From Lama glama (taxonomy: Eukaryota): a stretch of 64,000 bases of DNA. The first letter of the stretch is position 1. The number at the start of each line of letters is the position of its first letter. The position numbers and the translations under genes were made by a program. The DNA lies in the NCBI GenBank assembly GCA_028534125.1, contig CM052818.1, forward strand, positions 25,050,001-25,114,000, written 5' to 3'. This document shows positions 12,680 through 25,014 of the stretch, piece after piece. Below the pieces are notes generated by a model. It saw nothing but the letters and a program-made list of their open reading frames with translations, was not told the origin of the DNA and made no database searches.

Positions 12680-12815
12680 TACTATACATGCAAATCACCT
12701 AGGGAAACTTAAGAAGCAGATTTGCAGTCAGTAGGCCCGGCTGGGGCCTGAGGGTCCTCATTTCTAACCAGCTCCCAGGTAGTACAGATGCCGCTGTTTA
12801 GCAGGTCATTGTCAG
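12680..12815. mobile_element. MER5A-like MITE
   Basis: aatcacctagggaa..gcagatt..cagtagg..ggggcctgag..catttctaaccagctcccaggt..gatgccgctg. Confidence 0.75.
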
Positions 12816-13042
12816 CAGAAGAGCCCCAGGCTGAACATGTTCATCAGTGCTGCCTCCAACAACCATCTCTCCCTTCTACCTCTTCTACTTTAGTCCCACC
12901 TAATCTCTGGAAGAGGCAGCCCCTCACTGGAGATTGGACCAGGAGCTGGATCATAATCCAGCAACCAAATCCATATCAGGTGCATTAGATCTTCTTATGA
13001 GAATCTGAACTAGAATTTAGTTCAAGCTAGAGTTTGAATCAT

Positions 13043-13265
13043 CCTGCCTAAGTTTCCCCCCAAAGCAGAGCTTGAGTCAGAAGTCTGCACAAAGCAATTG
13101 ATTTGGGAATCCCAGAGAACAAGAGTACAGGCTATGCTGAGTGAAAGGAAAGGAAGAAAAACCAGTACTAGCATGTGTTTGTATTGAATTGATCCTGGCA
13201 AAGGACGACAGGTGCTCACTCCTGTGGGACCTGCTAACGGGCCTTCTGCTGTGCATCTCAGTACT
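13043..13265 (-). mobile_element. LTR33-like ERVL LTR fragment
   Basis: ttccccccaaagcagagcttgag..atttgggaatcccag..ggaaaggaagaaaaacca. Confidence 0.6.
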
Positions 13266-13329
13266 ACTTCAAGCATTTATCTAGCCTTTCCTTTATGAAA
13301 TTACTGATTAAATGCTTGACAACCCTTTA

Positions 13330-13575
13330 TTTTCCAGTTTCCAAATAATGACTTGGTTCCCTAGCATAGTCACCAATAAATTTTATTGAATATGATCATG
13401 AACTCATGGATTTAAATATGTTCAATGCACTTCAATCCACTGACGTCATTATTCTCATTGGTGCTCAAATTATCCCATCTTTGGTCAATGGAAACTTATG
13501 TTCACTCTTGAGTTCTTCTGCTACAATCTCAGTAGACTTCTGTGATTTCCCTCTTTTCCGGGATGATAAGATATC
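13330..13575 (-). mobile_element. L1MC4/5-like 3'UTR fragment
   Basis: atgaactcatggatttaaatatgttcaatg..ttcaatccactg..gtcattattct..tgctcaaattatcccatctttggtcaatgg. Confidence 0.75.
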
Positions 13576-13772
13576 AACAGAACTTTCTCTAATGACGGTT
13601 ATGTTCTGTATTTGCACTCTGTGATACTGCAGCCACTAGCTACATGTAGCTATTAACTACTTCAAATGTAGCTAATACAAGTGAGGAATGAAATTTTAAA
13701 CTTTGTTTAATTTTTATTAATTTTATTTTAAATAGCCACACGTGGCCAATTGCTACCGTATCAGCCAACACA
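13572..13772. mobile_element. MER3 hAT-Charlie MITE
   Basis: agaactttctctaatgacgg..gcagccactagctacatgtagcta..aatgtagcta..gaggaatgaaattttaa..aaatagccacacgtggcca. Confidence 0.85.
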
Positions 13773-13863
13773 ATTCTATTTTGGCACAAATGAAGAAACT
13801 TAGGTACAAAGAAGCAATAGGATTTGCCTATGTTATAATTCAATCCTTATCATTAGACTAGTG

Positions 13864-14042
13864 CAGGGGACGACTGCCTCTATATAATCTGGGAAATCTT
13901 TGTGAAATATTGATGTCTGAGCTTCACCCTCAGATATTCTGATTCACTGTGTATGAGATGCACTCAGGAATCTGCTGTTTTGTTGTTGTTATTTTAATAT
14001 TATCATGTGATTCTGATGAGCAGCTGGGTTACGGAACCACTG
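13864..14042. mobile_element. MER5B-like MITE
   Basis: caccctcagatattctgattca..caggaatctg..tgattctgatgagcagc..ggaaccactg. Confidence 0.7.
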
Positions 14043-14200
14043 TATTCAATTGCTGGAATGTAATATTTATGTTACAGCTGTGGTGCATTGAAGATCATGC
14101 CAATGAATCAACTGTGCATCCTTAACTCCTTGTGGTCAGTTTCAGAACTTCTCAGAGGATCATAGCTCCCTGCCAGTTATGTAATCAAGAGATACATGTT

Positions 14201-14383
14201 GAGGGGGAAGGTACAGCTCAAGTGGTAAGAACACTTGTTCAGCATGCACAAGGTCCTAGGTTCAATTCCCAATACCTCCTCTAAACATAAATAAATCTAA
14301 TTACCCCCCCGAAAAAATAAATAAATAATTTTAAAAATAAATAAATAAATAAAATTCTTTAAACGCATGTTTAAAAAAAAAAA
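14201..14383 (+). mobile_element. tRNA-derived SINE, camelid Vic-1-like
   Basis: gggggaaggtacagctcaagtggta (A box) ..ggttcaattccc (B box), AATAA tail; TSD aagagatacatgt (14187-14199) / aagagctacatgt (14384-14396). Confidence 0.9.
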
Positions 14384-14440
14384 AAGAGCTACATGTGCTT
14401 GCAGAGGCTTGCTCCTCTCTGGTTTCAATACAAGCCCTCT

Positions 14441-14740
14441 GGCCTTAGTCTGTTTTGCCTGCTATAACACAAATGCCATGGACTGAGTAGCTCATAAACA
14501 ATAGAAATGCATTTCTCATAGTTCAAGATCAAGGTGCAGGCTGATTCAGTGTTGGCTGAGAGTCTGCTTCTTAAACAGCCATCTTTTCCCTAAGGCTTCT
14601 TGTAAACAAAGGCACTAATCTCATTCATGAGGGTTCTGCCCTCATGACCTAATCACCTCTCAAGAAACCCACCTTCTATTACCATCACCTTGCAGGGGGT
14701 AAGATTTCAACATATGAATCTGGAGGGCAGAAACATTAGC
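14441..14740 (-). mobile_element. MLT1A0-like MaLR solo LTR
   Basis: ttagtctgttttgcctgctataaca..caagatcaaggtgc..ggcactaatctcattcatgagggttctgccctcatgacctaatcacct..tttcaacatatgaat. Confidence 0.9.
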
Positions 14741-14752
14741 TTTACTCTTTTC

Positions 14753-14953
14753 CAGCAGTGCGCAAACTATGGCCTAATAAGTCAAATACAACCTGCTGCC
14801 TGTTTGTTCTTTCTGATAAACTTTTTTTGGGACCCCAGCTACATCCGTTTACATATTGGCCTATGGCTCCTTTAAAGCAACAACACCAGAGTTGACTAGT
14901 AAAGTCTAATGTTTATTATTTGGTCCTTTAAAGAAAAAGTTTGCCAGTTCTTG
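14753..14953. mobile_element. MER58A-like MITE
   Basis: gcaaactatggcc..cctgctgcctgttt..cgtttacatatt..ctatggct..tggtcctttaaagaaaaagtttgcca. Confidence 0.85.
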
Positions 14954-16038
14954 CCCTCTTCTATTCACAGACAGTATCCTAACCCCATGCAACAATCTCA
15001 GGGTTATTGATCACCAAGAGGACCAGGTAAGGGTGAAATGATTCACTGCCAGCTCTTTGCATTAGAAAAACAACTCCAGAGTCCTGTTAGTCAAGGAGGC
15101 ATCAATTTAATCTTCTAAGAGCAGTGCTTTAGGTATTATTCTTCTCTGAACTGGACTCTTCTGCACAGTCCACCATTTGGCCGACATCCATTCAACAAGC
15201 AAAACATTAATAAACTTCCTTTGTGCCAAATTGTTAAACTTGAAAACAGAAAACGATTTCTAAAGGAAACTTCCTTTTATTAAAGGATTATATCAAAGAG
15301 CACTCTAAAAATAAATTGGCCTTTCAAACAAGAGTAAATATAGACGGAATTTATCACTTTCATTTTCTCCACACATGTCTTTCTTTGCCAGGCTAATAAC
15401 CACCTAACGAAGACAGGCGTTAGATGAATATTTATGACGGCCCTGGTTGATGAACATGATCCATGAACTATGCATTGAGCCCTGGATTTCAGACCAGAGT
15501 CATGAGATCCTGTTAGTCATCATAGTTGAATATGCATTGAATGACCACGTTATGCTGGGCCCCCACCCACAGAGAACTTTCAGTTTTTCCCGAAATACTT
15601 TTTCAGGGCAGTGAGACAAAGTTATTTGAGAAACCCAGCTCTGACCAAATAACACAGATGCTTTTATCATGTTCAGAGGGCAGACTTCAACGGCCTTCTG
15701 AAAACAGCCCAAAACCCAAAAGCGCCAATGAATAGGGAGGGAGTGTTTGGTAATTAGTGGGGGTTTTTTTTTTTGTAATGAAAACAACATCGTATTTTAG
15801 AAATTGTAAAGAAAAATGCCCTTTATCCCTGTACCCTAGTACATTTGTTTTTGTTTTTTGTGTGTACATTTTTGTGTGCTCCCATTTAGACTTCATCCAA
15901 ATGTATACACATGTTCACACGTGGTTGACTCTCAATGAGAGTTTATCCCAATAAAAACAATCTTTTAGATGTGTATAAAGGTTTATCCGCAAGATATTCA
16001 TCACGGAGGTATCAATAGCGTCATGTGTTAGAGCTGCA

Positions 16039-16225
16039 AGTGGCTCTCAAAACTTGCTATACATTGGGGCCACTTGGGAAGGCTTTTTTTTTTTTTAAAT
16101 ACTCATGTTCTGAGCCCACCTGCCTAACATCCTGATCTAACTAGCCCAAGGTGGGATCAAGGATTGGGTATTATCTTAAAGCTCCCCGAGGTAATTTTAA
16201 ACTGCAGCCAGTTTCAGAGTTTTGG
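16039..16225. mobile_element. MER5-like MITE
   Basis: agtggctctcaaaactt..cacttgggaagg..tttaaatact..aaagctccccgaggtaatt..tgcagccag. Confidence 0.7.
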
Positions 16226-16689
16226 TCTAGCCCAGGGCCTCAATTTTACAGGTCAAATATCAAGGCCCGCGAGCGCTCTCCAAGCCTGCTGCCCTTTCCT
16301 TGGCCCGAAAGCTTCCTGGAGCCCTGGAAATCATAGCAAATAGCCAGTTAGAGACCCTCTATGTAAAGGCGCATACTCAGAGCTTTACTTGGATTAGGCA
16401 GGTGAGATGTATTCCAGGGTTCTGTGAAGAAGGAGTTGGCCCTTGCAAAGCATAGAATAAAACGTTCCTGAAATACTCAAGATTTATAAACACGGGGTCT
16501 GGTATCATCCCTTAGTTGGAGCTGTGCCTTTGACCTAGTTAGCACATATTGTCCAAATGTTTGGGATTGTGTTCTCTCAGTCATCCGGTCCTCAGTTTAA
16601 TATTCAACAGAATGACCACCAATATTTAGAATTCTCCCAAGAGTGTAGGCTCCAAAACTGAAGATTTGACACGCTACCTCTTTTCTCTT

Positions 16690-16870
16690 TCCCGTGTGGT
16701 TGAAATTTAATGTGCTTCCGTGTTGTCCCTCCCTTTGGGAATTTCCTCTGGAACTGGGGACTAATCATTATGCAAATATTAAATACTTTGAAAGTTTGAG
16801 AAAAGAAGGGAATTTGTTTAAGCAATTCTGTCACTGTAGTTTAAATGAGAGATGACAAACAGCTGTAGTG
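16690..16870. promoter_or_regulatory. Candidate enhancer: RUNX, ETS, NF-kB, octamer and E-box cluster
   Basis: TGTGGTT 16695-16701, GCTTCCG 16714-16720, GGGAATTTCC 16737-16746, ATGCAAAT 16770-16777, CAGCTG 16860-16865 in non-repeat DNA. Confidence 0.4.
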
Positions 16871-17249
16871 ATTTGACCCGTAGTCAAATTCTACTATACA
16901 ATCTGTGTGATTTCAAATTATATTTAATTCTTCTTTGAGATTTATGTGTACTTTTGCTAAAACTTCTGGATTCCCATAAATTTCAAAGTATACGGACCAT
17001 CACCCAGCGTGTTTGCACTTCCTCCCAGACTTAAAGGCTGTTCTGGGAAAAAACAGATGAAAACATTTCTCTCTCGGAATGTTAGTTTGACTGAGAGGTT
17101 ATTTAGATTTTTAAAATAGCCTGCATGCCTGGGGTGATCTGAAAGGAAATGCTGCCTAATAAACAGGGCAAGTCGTGCTCACTGGGGCATAGCCTGAAGG
17201 GAAAACAAAGTCTTTACTCTCATCCTGAAGGTCAGAACTCCTTGGCTTC

Positions 17250-17383
17250 GCTTGCCAGATTTTCTCCCTCTGTGTCCTCACGGGTTTCTAAACAATAGAC
17301 TGCTAGTTAATAATTCTTTATCTTAAACTTCCCGTTTGAATCACTGTGTGGTTTTGCTCTCCTGGTCTGACCCACACTGATAT
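17250..17383 (+). mobile_element. ERVL LTR 3' part (LTR41-like)
   Basis: aataattctttatcttaaacttcccgtttgaatcactgtgtggttttgctctcctggtctgacccacactgatata. Confidence 0.55.
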
Positions 17384-17635
17384 AGGCCCTTGCTCAGCAC
17401 TGAGTTCCCCAAGAGCAAAGGAAGTGCTGCAGGGCTGGGACTGGGGCCGGTGGTTCATGGCCCGGCAGGTCTGTTCAAGAGCAGAGTAGGCACCTGCAGG
17501 TCCTTGAACGCTGGGCCCTGGGTCACTTGCTCGTCTCTCCCTGGTCCAGGCCCTCTGTGCTCTTTTCTTTCATTTCCTTCCCTCCCACCCACCAGAGTTT
17601 AGTCTAACATACTCTAGAGAATTCTAGTTAGTACT

Positions 17636-17991
17636 TGTTATGGGCTGAATATTTGTGTCCCCCAACAAATACATCTATTAAAGCTCTAACCTTCTATGTG
17701 ATGGTATTTGGAGATGAGGTCTTTGGGAGGTAATTAGGTTTAGAAGAGGTCACGAAGGTGAGGCCCTCATTTGGGGATTAGTGCCCTTATAAGAAGAGGA
17801 AGTCAGAGAGATATGTTTCTCTCATACACATTCACCAAAGAAAGGCCAGATGAGCACACCAAGAGCCCAGGAAGCAGGTCCTCGCCAAGCCAGCTCTTGG
17901 ACTTCCCAGTCTCCACAACTGTGAGAAATAAAAATCTGTTGTTTTAGTCACCCAGCAACAGTATTTGGCTATGGCAGCCCCAGCTAAGGCA
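17636..17991 (+). mobile_element. MLT1A-like MaLR solo LTR
   Basis: tgttatgggctgaat..gtgatggtatttggagatg..ggacttcccagtctccacaactgtgagaaataaa..ctaaggca; TG..CA ends. Confidence 0.9.
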
Positions 17992-18081
17992 GTGTTCAAC
18001 TAGTACTTAGTGAAAGGCTGAATTGCCTTCTCTTTCAGAACCATTTCTCTAACACAGCCTAAGAAAACAGTTCAGCCTAGA

Positions 18082-18292
18082 AGCAGTACAGTGTGGTGTT
18101 CAAAAGTTAGACTTTAGAGGCTTATAAACCCAGGGTAAAACCTACCATGATCCTGATCCAGTTATTTTCTGTACCTCAATTTCTTTGGCTATAAAGTAGA
18201 CATCATAATAACACCTACCTCATGGAGCTGTGGAAAGGATTAAATAAGATTATGCATGTAAAGGACTTAGCTCAATGGCCTCATATATCAGT
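18082..18292 (+). mobile_element. MIR SINE
   Basis: ctgtacctcaatttct..ataataacacctacctcatggagctgtggaaaggattaaataaga. Confidence 0.75.
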
Positions 18293-18621
18293 TTGTAGCA
18301 TGGATAGTAAGCTAAAGTTACTCGCCATCAAATTAACCAAAAATCCCCCTACTCTGAGTCATAAAATGATGAAATTAAAACCCCAAATTCAGTATGTCAG
18401 TAATTAGCCTTTCAGAGGGGGTCTAAAGTCACAAAAGTTGAACATTGCCTCTTTCTATCCCAAGAGCCAAACAAAAGCCAAAGTAAACAAAGTTTAGGAA
18501 GGAATGTGAAAAACAGAGCAATGGCATCAATCGCCTTCCCCTTAGGAGAAGATTGGATTAGAGTGAATATTCAATCTGTTCTTTTTTTTGCTTCCTTTTC
18601 AAAAAGTTCAAACCTTCTTCA

Positions 18622-18880
18622 AATTCAATTCAATGAGGATGTTTAATGCTTCTTCCATGTTCCAGGAATTATGCTAGTCAGTAAAGGTTCAAAATCAAGA
18701 TACCCTTGCTCTCAAGTAGCTGAAGGTCTTGAGGTACAGAGATAAGCATGTAAACAAAGCCAAGGTTACTCTGAGTGATGGTTACTCTGTCTGGAAGAAA
18801 GTTCACAGGCTCTGCAGGAGAGAAAAGTCAGGGACCTAGCAAGGTCAGAAAATCCTCCCCAGAGAAGGAAAAGGTAATAT
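18622..18880 (-). mobile_element. L2 3' fragment
   Basis: attcaattcaa..catgttccagg..tgctag..aagatacccttgctctcaagtagct. Confidence 0.6.
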
Positions 18881-19014
18881 TTGAATTGCTATTGCCCTGC
18901 AGAAGCAGAAAGGGAAGCATGGAAGGCATTACTTGCATCTTTAACGTGAGGAGAGCAAGATGGTGTTTAGTCTGAAACTTGCTGTTAGAGTATTTGTTCC
19001 TTCTGAATGAATGA

Positions 19015-19195
19015 TACTAACAGCGATAGCTACCACTTATTAAATGCTTAGTATAAACTAGGCATTTTGCATGCCTTAGTTCATTTCAGTCCTTCCCCAA
19101 ACCCTGGAAGGTCAGAATCATTATCACCATTTTACAGATGCAAGAACTGACGCTCTAAGATATGAGGTGAATTTCAGCCAGAGTAGTGGAGCAAA
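19015..19195 (-). mobile_element. MIR SINE
   Basis: atagctaccacttattaaatgctta..attatcaccattttacagatgcaagaactgacgct. Confidence 0.8.
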
Positions 19196-20216
19196 GACCA
19201 CCTCCTTCCCCAGCTCCGCTCCTGACCTGCTGCTACTGCCCGTGTCCAAATCCTAGGACTCTCTGCTTGTATACAAAATCACACATGGTCCACAGGGCAT
19301 TTCAAAACCTCAGCAAACCTGGCCGAAAGTTCTTCACGAAACACTGGCTACTACATAGGCCAGATTCAACCAGCTTGAATTCACAACTGAAAATTACATT
19401 TTAACGGAAAAATAGATGGGCTACCCAAACCCAATCGACTTATTATGTACCACATCTCTAAAACAGTTCTAGCAGGTTATTAATTGCAGCCATGAAGAAT
19501 AATACACAAAAAAATGTTATTGGATTTTATACCATCCTTAGCCCAGTAAGGAAGCTCCCAGCACAGAGCCTAACAGTGTTCGGTCTCCTTCCCTTCCTCT
19601 GGTACACAGTGTAGGAAAGGCTATCCAAAGACAACAGGATAGAGAACTGCAGGCTTATCACCCACAGGCATGGTTCACAGTCCTCTCCAGACCCCTCCTG
19701 AGAGATGCTATCATCAGTCATGGTTCCACCACCCAGGAACTGACCTTGGCTCGGAGACTTCCACTCACTTGGCCAGGGGCATTCCACAATCCCTTTAGTC
19801 AAGCCCTGTACTGATGTTGGAGATAAGCTCATTATGAGCACCCAAGGAATAGAATTGGAAACTATGGGACTAGGACAGGCAAAGTAAGCTGCCTAAAATG
19901 GGAGCCCCTGGAACAACTGTGTGAACAGCCCCAGGGAATGACTTTGAGATGCAGGTCAGGGGGAAGCAGGACATGAATACCATGACACGTCTGCGTGGAT
20001 TCTGGTGCTCCAAAAGGAGAGTTTATGACATTTGAGCACTCAATTCCTGATTCTGGAAAGAATAACATGCTGAAGAGATGACTATGTACACAGGACGTCC
20101 TCAATAAAAAAGAGCTGCCACTAGTACTATCATTAACATTTTGCCCCTTATCGTTAAGACTAGTTAAGGATGTGATCGTTAAGACTGTGTATATAAGGGG
20201 CTGCTGAGGTGGGTGT

Positions 20217-20720
20217 TGTCGTAGGTAGGCTTAAAATGGCCCTCCCGAAGACACCAGGTCCTAGTCACTGGCACCTGTAACTCCTACCTTACTTGAAAAA
20301 TCAGTCTTTGCAGATGAGATTAACTTAAAGATCTTGAGATGAAGGAGATTATTTTGGATTATCTGTGTGGGCCCTAAATGCAATTACAAGTGTCCTTGTA
20401 AGAGAGAGGAAGTTTTCACACACAAAGGCAATGTGAAGATAGAGCAGAGAGAAATTTAGGGATGCTGGCCTTGAACTGGCCTTGAAGGTAGGAGTGATGA
20501 AGCCACTAACCAAGGAATGCTGGAAGCCACTGGAAGCTGGAAAATGCAAGGAACAGATTCTCTCCTGGAGCTTCTGGAGGGAGCACAAGCCTGTCAACAC
20601 CTTAAATTTGGCTTAGTGATACTGATTTTGGACTTCTGGCCTCCAGAACTGTGAGCTAATAAAGCTTGATTGTTTAAAGCCACCTGGTTTGTGGTACAAC
20701 AGCTACAGAAAACTAACACA
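20217..20720 (+). mobile_element. MLT1C/D-like MaLR solo LTR with 5-bp TSD
   Basis: ctttgcagatgagattaa..cttgagatg..ggattatc..ggacttctggcctccagaactgtgag..aaactaacaca; TSD ggtgt (20212-20216) / ggtat (20721-20725). Confidence 0.9.
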
Positions 20721-20826
20721 GGTATTAACTGGCTTTTCAGCCTAGCAAAACTCATCAGCAAACTGTTGTCAGCATGAGTCCTAGCTAATGGGTATTAACT
20801 GGATTATGCAGTTTCAAAGGTATAAA

Positions 20827-21017
20827 CAATGGCGTGCTGATAAACCAGTACTCTGGAGAAAAAAAAAATCCTGATTTTTAGCAGATGCCAATTCCTGTAA
20901 TGTAAATACTTCCACCATGGCCCAATTCCAAAGGTTTAACATCTGGCTTGCATAATTCTTTAGTTTTTAACAATCAGCTCTCATAAACAGGTAGGAGATA
21001 ACTTCAGCACCTCCCTG
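20827..21017 (-). mobile_element. MER63A-like element
   Basis: caatggcgtgctgataaacc..cctgattt..tgtaaatacttccaccatggcc..tttaacaatcagctctc..cagcacctccctg. Confidence 0.8.
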
Positions 21018-22088
21018 TAGAGGTGCTCTAAACCACTAGGAAAATTGCTCTCAAACTGTACTGAATGTAATTTAATTTCGCCTTGATTATCCTGAAGGGT
21101 ACTTCATGGTATTGTAGTTTCTGAGAGTCAACATGGGGAATGTTAATTACTGTCGCACTGTGGACGTGCCGAGTTGCTAATCAATGGCATTGTGGTGGAT
21201 GGCTTAAACACTGAAGGGCTGAGGAGGAAAAGGCAGAACAGAATGTTCTATCAGTTGTCAGGTGTATGGTTTTATTCCTTAGGGAGCTCTGGAAGGAATC
21301 TAATAGAGGCTATCCCCTTCTCTGGGTAAATTTATCATGGTATAAATAGTAATAGTAGTGACAGAAATCATAATCATTTTCTTCCAATAGAATAAGGCTT
21401 TATAATTTTCAAATTGAATTGGACTTTCACCTTGAGGAAAACAGAATAGAGGCTTTATCTCCAGAAACAAATGAAGTGTGTAAAACTCAGTCTCTCTCCT
21501 CAGCCCCATGCTACTGACTTCTGAATAGCATTCCAGTTGTACATAACTGGGGCTTGGGAAATTTTCCTAGTTCCTGGGGAGGAAATTAACTAAAACATAT
21601 GACATCCCTGGCAAGAGTCACAATTTCACACAAAAACTTTCTTGCAATAACTTCGCATATTGCTTCCCCTGGTGGGATCACTGACTCTAGGGGAAGCTTG
21701 GGTCTAAAATGACAACTCTATTTAGTAAAAGTGAGAGCTGAATATTAAAACCAGCAGCCTTTATTTCTCAAGGAGAAGTCTCCATCTTAAAATCACTTTT
21801 TACAGATGATGTCATGACAGAGATAAGTTCTTCCAGATTTTTTCTTCATGTTTTTACAGCACAAAAGCATTTAAAAACTTCTTGGGTGAAAAAAATATAT
21901 ATAAGCAAATATGGTTACTATTAATTCAACAGTGTTCCTATAGATAAAGTATTGCAGAGTATTTACATGAGATTGGAGGTAAGGGGGTAGTGACTGGAGA
22001 AAAGGTTGACCAAGATTGGTAGTTACATGATTTATTCCTGAATTAGACAGGTTATGGGAATCAATGCTTTCAAATTTCAAAGTGTGCT

Positions 22089-22160
22089 ATATATGGCATA
22101 TATGTAACGTATATGTAAATGTATATTATATGTATATATGTAAATATATTATATATTTAT
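22089..22160. repeat. Degenerate (TA)n low-complexity tract
   Basis: tatatatggcatatatgtaacgtatatgtaaatgtatattatatgtatatatgtaaatatattatatatttat. Confidence 0.8.
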
Positions 22161-23104
22161 GGAAATAAAAGCAAGACAGTTATTAGCCATCTTTGCTAGT
22201 AGAAGACAATAAAACCACTTCAACATTAAAGGATGTGGTTACCACTTGTGTTTCCATGTGGATGTGGTGCATGCCCTTCAAGTTCCCACATGGACAGGGT
22301 CCAGGATCTGAACCACAGGCTGTCTGATGCTGGATGTACTACTACTTATAAAAGATCTTCAGAACACATTTGTTGATCATCACAGTGATGAGATGGTATT
22401 AAAATATTTGACGAACACTTACCGCAGACAACACGTTCATTTCCGATAGGAAGGGAAGGGTCAGAGCTAGGAGGATGAAGGATTAGATTTATGAAGCTTC
22501 AGTCCCTTCACTGAAGAGTGGTGGGAGTCAATTCAAGCTCTCTGACTGTCCCATAGGCTTTGTGGTACAAAAATGGATAATTTGCTGTGAGCTTAAAGTA
22601 ACAAAACCAATAACCAGTCTTAATTTTGCTACTGAATTGACTAACTATTTGCTTGTGAAACTATGTATACATTGCAGAGAATTTTAAGAAAATCTTTGCA
22701 ATGTACATATTCATGAGCCCCAAAAGTTAAAAGTTAAAAGTTACTTCTATTATAAGGCTATGAAAACACAAGTGTCTGTAACAATTTTAACTAGCACCTT
22801 CTCATAAGTAAGTGTGTTCAAAAACCCCTAAAAAGATTCGAACATCAGATATTAAATATAATAAGACAGGAGGAGGAAGAAAGAGTGTATCAGGAAATAA
22901 AAATTCACAGATAATCCAGTAATGCAACATCTTAAATTAGAACATATAATCTCAACTCTTACTCCAAGAATTCCATAGCATGTTACTACTCTTGGATAAA
23001 ATCAGTAACAAAAAATGAGATGGTCAAAAGATAACAGCAAAAAGCAATCAGGAGAAACAATGATTTTGTAATATCCCCAAGCCCAAGGAACAATCCCTGA
23101 AGAA

Positions 23105-23278
23105 AGGAGGAACATGGGTTTTGGATTAACGTACAGACCGATGTTTGAATCCTGGTTGTCCACTTACAAACTGTTTAATAACCTTGCACCATTCACCTAA
23201 TTCCTCTGAACCTTAATTTCCTCATTTCTTAAACAAGATAATTACACCTATTTCATAAGGATTTTTGAGAAGATACAC
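23105..23278 (+). mobile_element. MIR SINE
   Basis: tttgaatcctgg..ccacttac..cctctgaaccttaatttcctcattt..ataattacaccta. Confidence 0.75.
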
Positions 23279-23717
23279 AATAGAAGCTCAATAATTCTAA
23301 TCATCACCCAACAGATAGGAAAGTCAGCCGTGTGGTTTTCTTTGAGGCTGTGAGTGAGTGGATATGAATTTCTCTAGCTGATTTGTGCCAGGGGATGTAA
23401 CTGTTCCAAGAGGCAGTAAGGGTTGGAGGTGTGTGAAGGCTTCCCCCGCTCCCATACTTCATTTGTACACTTCCATCACCAACAGAGGAGTCACCCGGCT
23501 GTGGTTAAGCCTTCACTGAGATGGTTTGCACCAGTCACATTCCCATCTGGATGGAGGAAGTCCAGGAATTTTTTTTTTTTTTTTTGCCCTGCCTCTCAGC
23601 AAAGATTCACCGACTGCCCCCTTCCAGGAAATCATCTGAGGGACAGGTATCACATGGTGATAAGAGGCCTTGCAGCAGACACCGTAAGTTCTTTGCCCAT
23701 TCTATGTATCTTCTACT

Positions 23718-24150
23718 GAGAGGCAGAACAGCACAGTGATAAGGAGGACAGCTTTTAACGTCAAACAGATCTATTTTCAAAGTCTACCTCTGCCTTATGA
23801 TGCCTCTAAGCCATTATCTTCTAAATAGTAAATGATGATCATAATAGCATTTACCTCATGGAGTCATTAGGAAAATTAATGGCCAACATACAATGAGTGC
23901 TGTGTTTAAATGAACTCATTTCTCACTTCAATTCTATGAAGTATTAGTATCCCCATTTTACAGACATATAAACTGAAACAGTTTTTCCATTGCTTGTCCA
24001 AGGACTCAGAGCCATTAGTTTGGTTCTGTATCCATGTTGTTAACTACCACATAACCCCGCCCAAGAAGAGTAAATGAAATAACGCACGCGCAGCTCCTAG
24101 CACAGTGTCTGGTACTTAGAAATCAGTCCATATGTGGTAATACCATGGTA
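23718..24150. mobile_element. Plus-strand MIR interrupted by a minus-strand MIR
   Basis: plus MIR 23718-~23880, minus core tatccccattttacagacatataaactga at ~23950, plus MIR resumes taaatgaaataacgc..ctagcacagtgtctggtac from ~24070. Confidence 0.65.
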
Positions 24151-24690
24151 TTTAGCTACTGTGCATCTGACAATTCGTTATGAATTCCGGTTTGGGTTGC
24201 CACCTGAACGTCTGCTGGTTCTGTTCACAGCATCTGGCCCACCAATTGATAAAGTCATGGTGCAGATTTTGGGGGGCCATTCTGGCTGAATTCTCCCCAG
24301 TCACTGGAAATACCAGTGAACAGCTGGGCAGACTGGTCAACAGGACCTGCAGTAATTCTTAATCATCCCCTGGGTAATTTGGCACTGGATCTCAAACCAT
24401 TGAGAAGCTAGTTTTATGGGCAACTGACTTCAGAACTTGTGTATGTTGGCAAAAAATGTGGCCATGATTTAGGCTAATAAATTTTTCTGTGTGATAATTA
24501 CCTATGCGAGTTATAAACTTAGTAACCTAATTTGAAAGGAAATTATTTTATGTTCATGATATGTGGGAGCAGGAGGAGAGTGAGAGGAAAAGTTACAGGT
24601 TAACAGTATAATTCTTTAAATATCCCAAGTGGGGAAAGAAAACCAAATGACAGAAAAAGGAACTAGTAAGGAAGATGCAATTGCATTCTT

Positions 24691-24849
24691 GTTTTTATAT
24701 CTTATTTATTTATTATTGTTTATTTAATTATTTTATTTTGGTTGGGGGTAATTAGGTTTATTTATTTTTAGAGGAGGTACAGGGGATTGAACCCAGGACC
24801 ATATGCATACTAAGCATATGCTCTACCACTTGAGTTATCCCTTCCCCCC
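24691..24849 (-). mobile_element. Vic-1-like SINE
   Basis: ggggattgaacccaggacc..ctaagcatatgctctaccacttgagttatcccttcccccc; TSD caattgcattct (24678-24689) / caatagcattct (24852-24863). Confidence 0.9.
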
Positions 24850-25014
24850 AACAATAGCATTCTGATTGGATATACTTCCTATCACCATTTAATCCATGTC
24901 TTATAGCTCTTCTGAAAAATCAAGATTATCCAAGGGATCATAAAATGATTCCACTCGGCATCAACTGTCTTTTGTAGAGGAAAGAACAAAAGTTCTCAGG
25001 CACCACCACCAGAT

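Noticed and set aside
14201..14280. tRNA-Ala-like sequence (also at the five other copies) as true tRNA genes
   Set aside because: Degenerate stems, AT-rich tails and TSDs show these are SINE heads.
15440..15530. Possible C/D-box snoRNA (ttgatga)
   Set aside because: Imperfect C box and no suitably placed CTGA D box with a terminal stem.
24200..24350. Minus-strand exon-like segment with open frames
   Set aside because: Weak polypyrimidine tract and weak donor (gtggca); no recognisable peptide.
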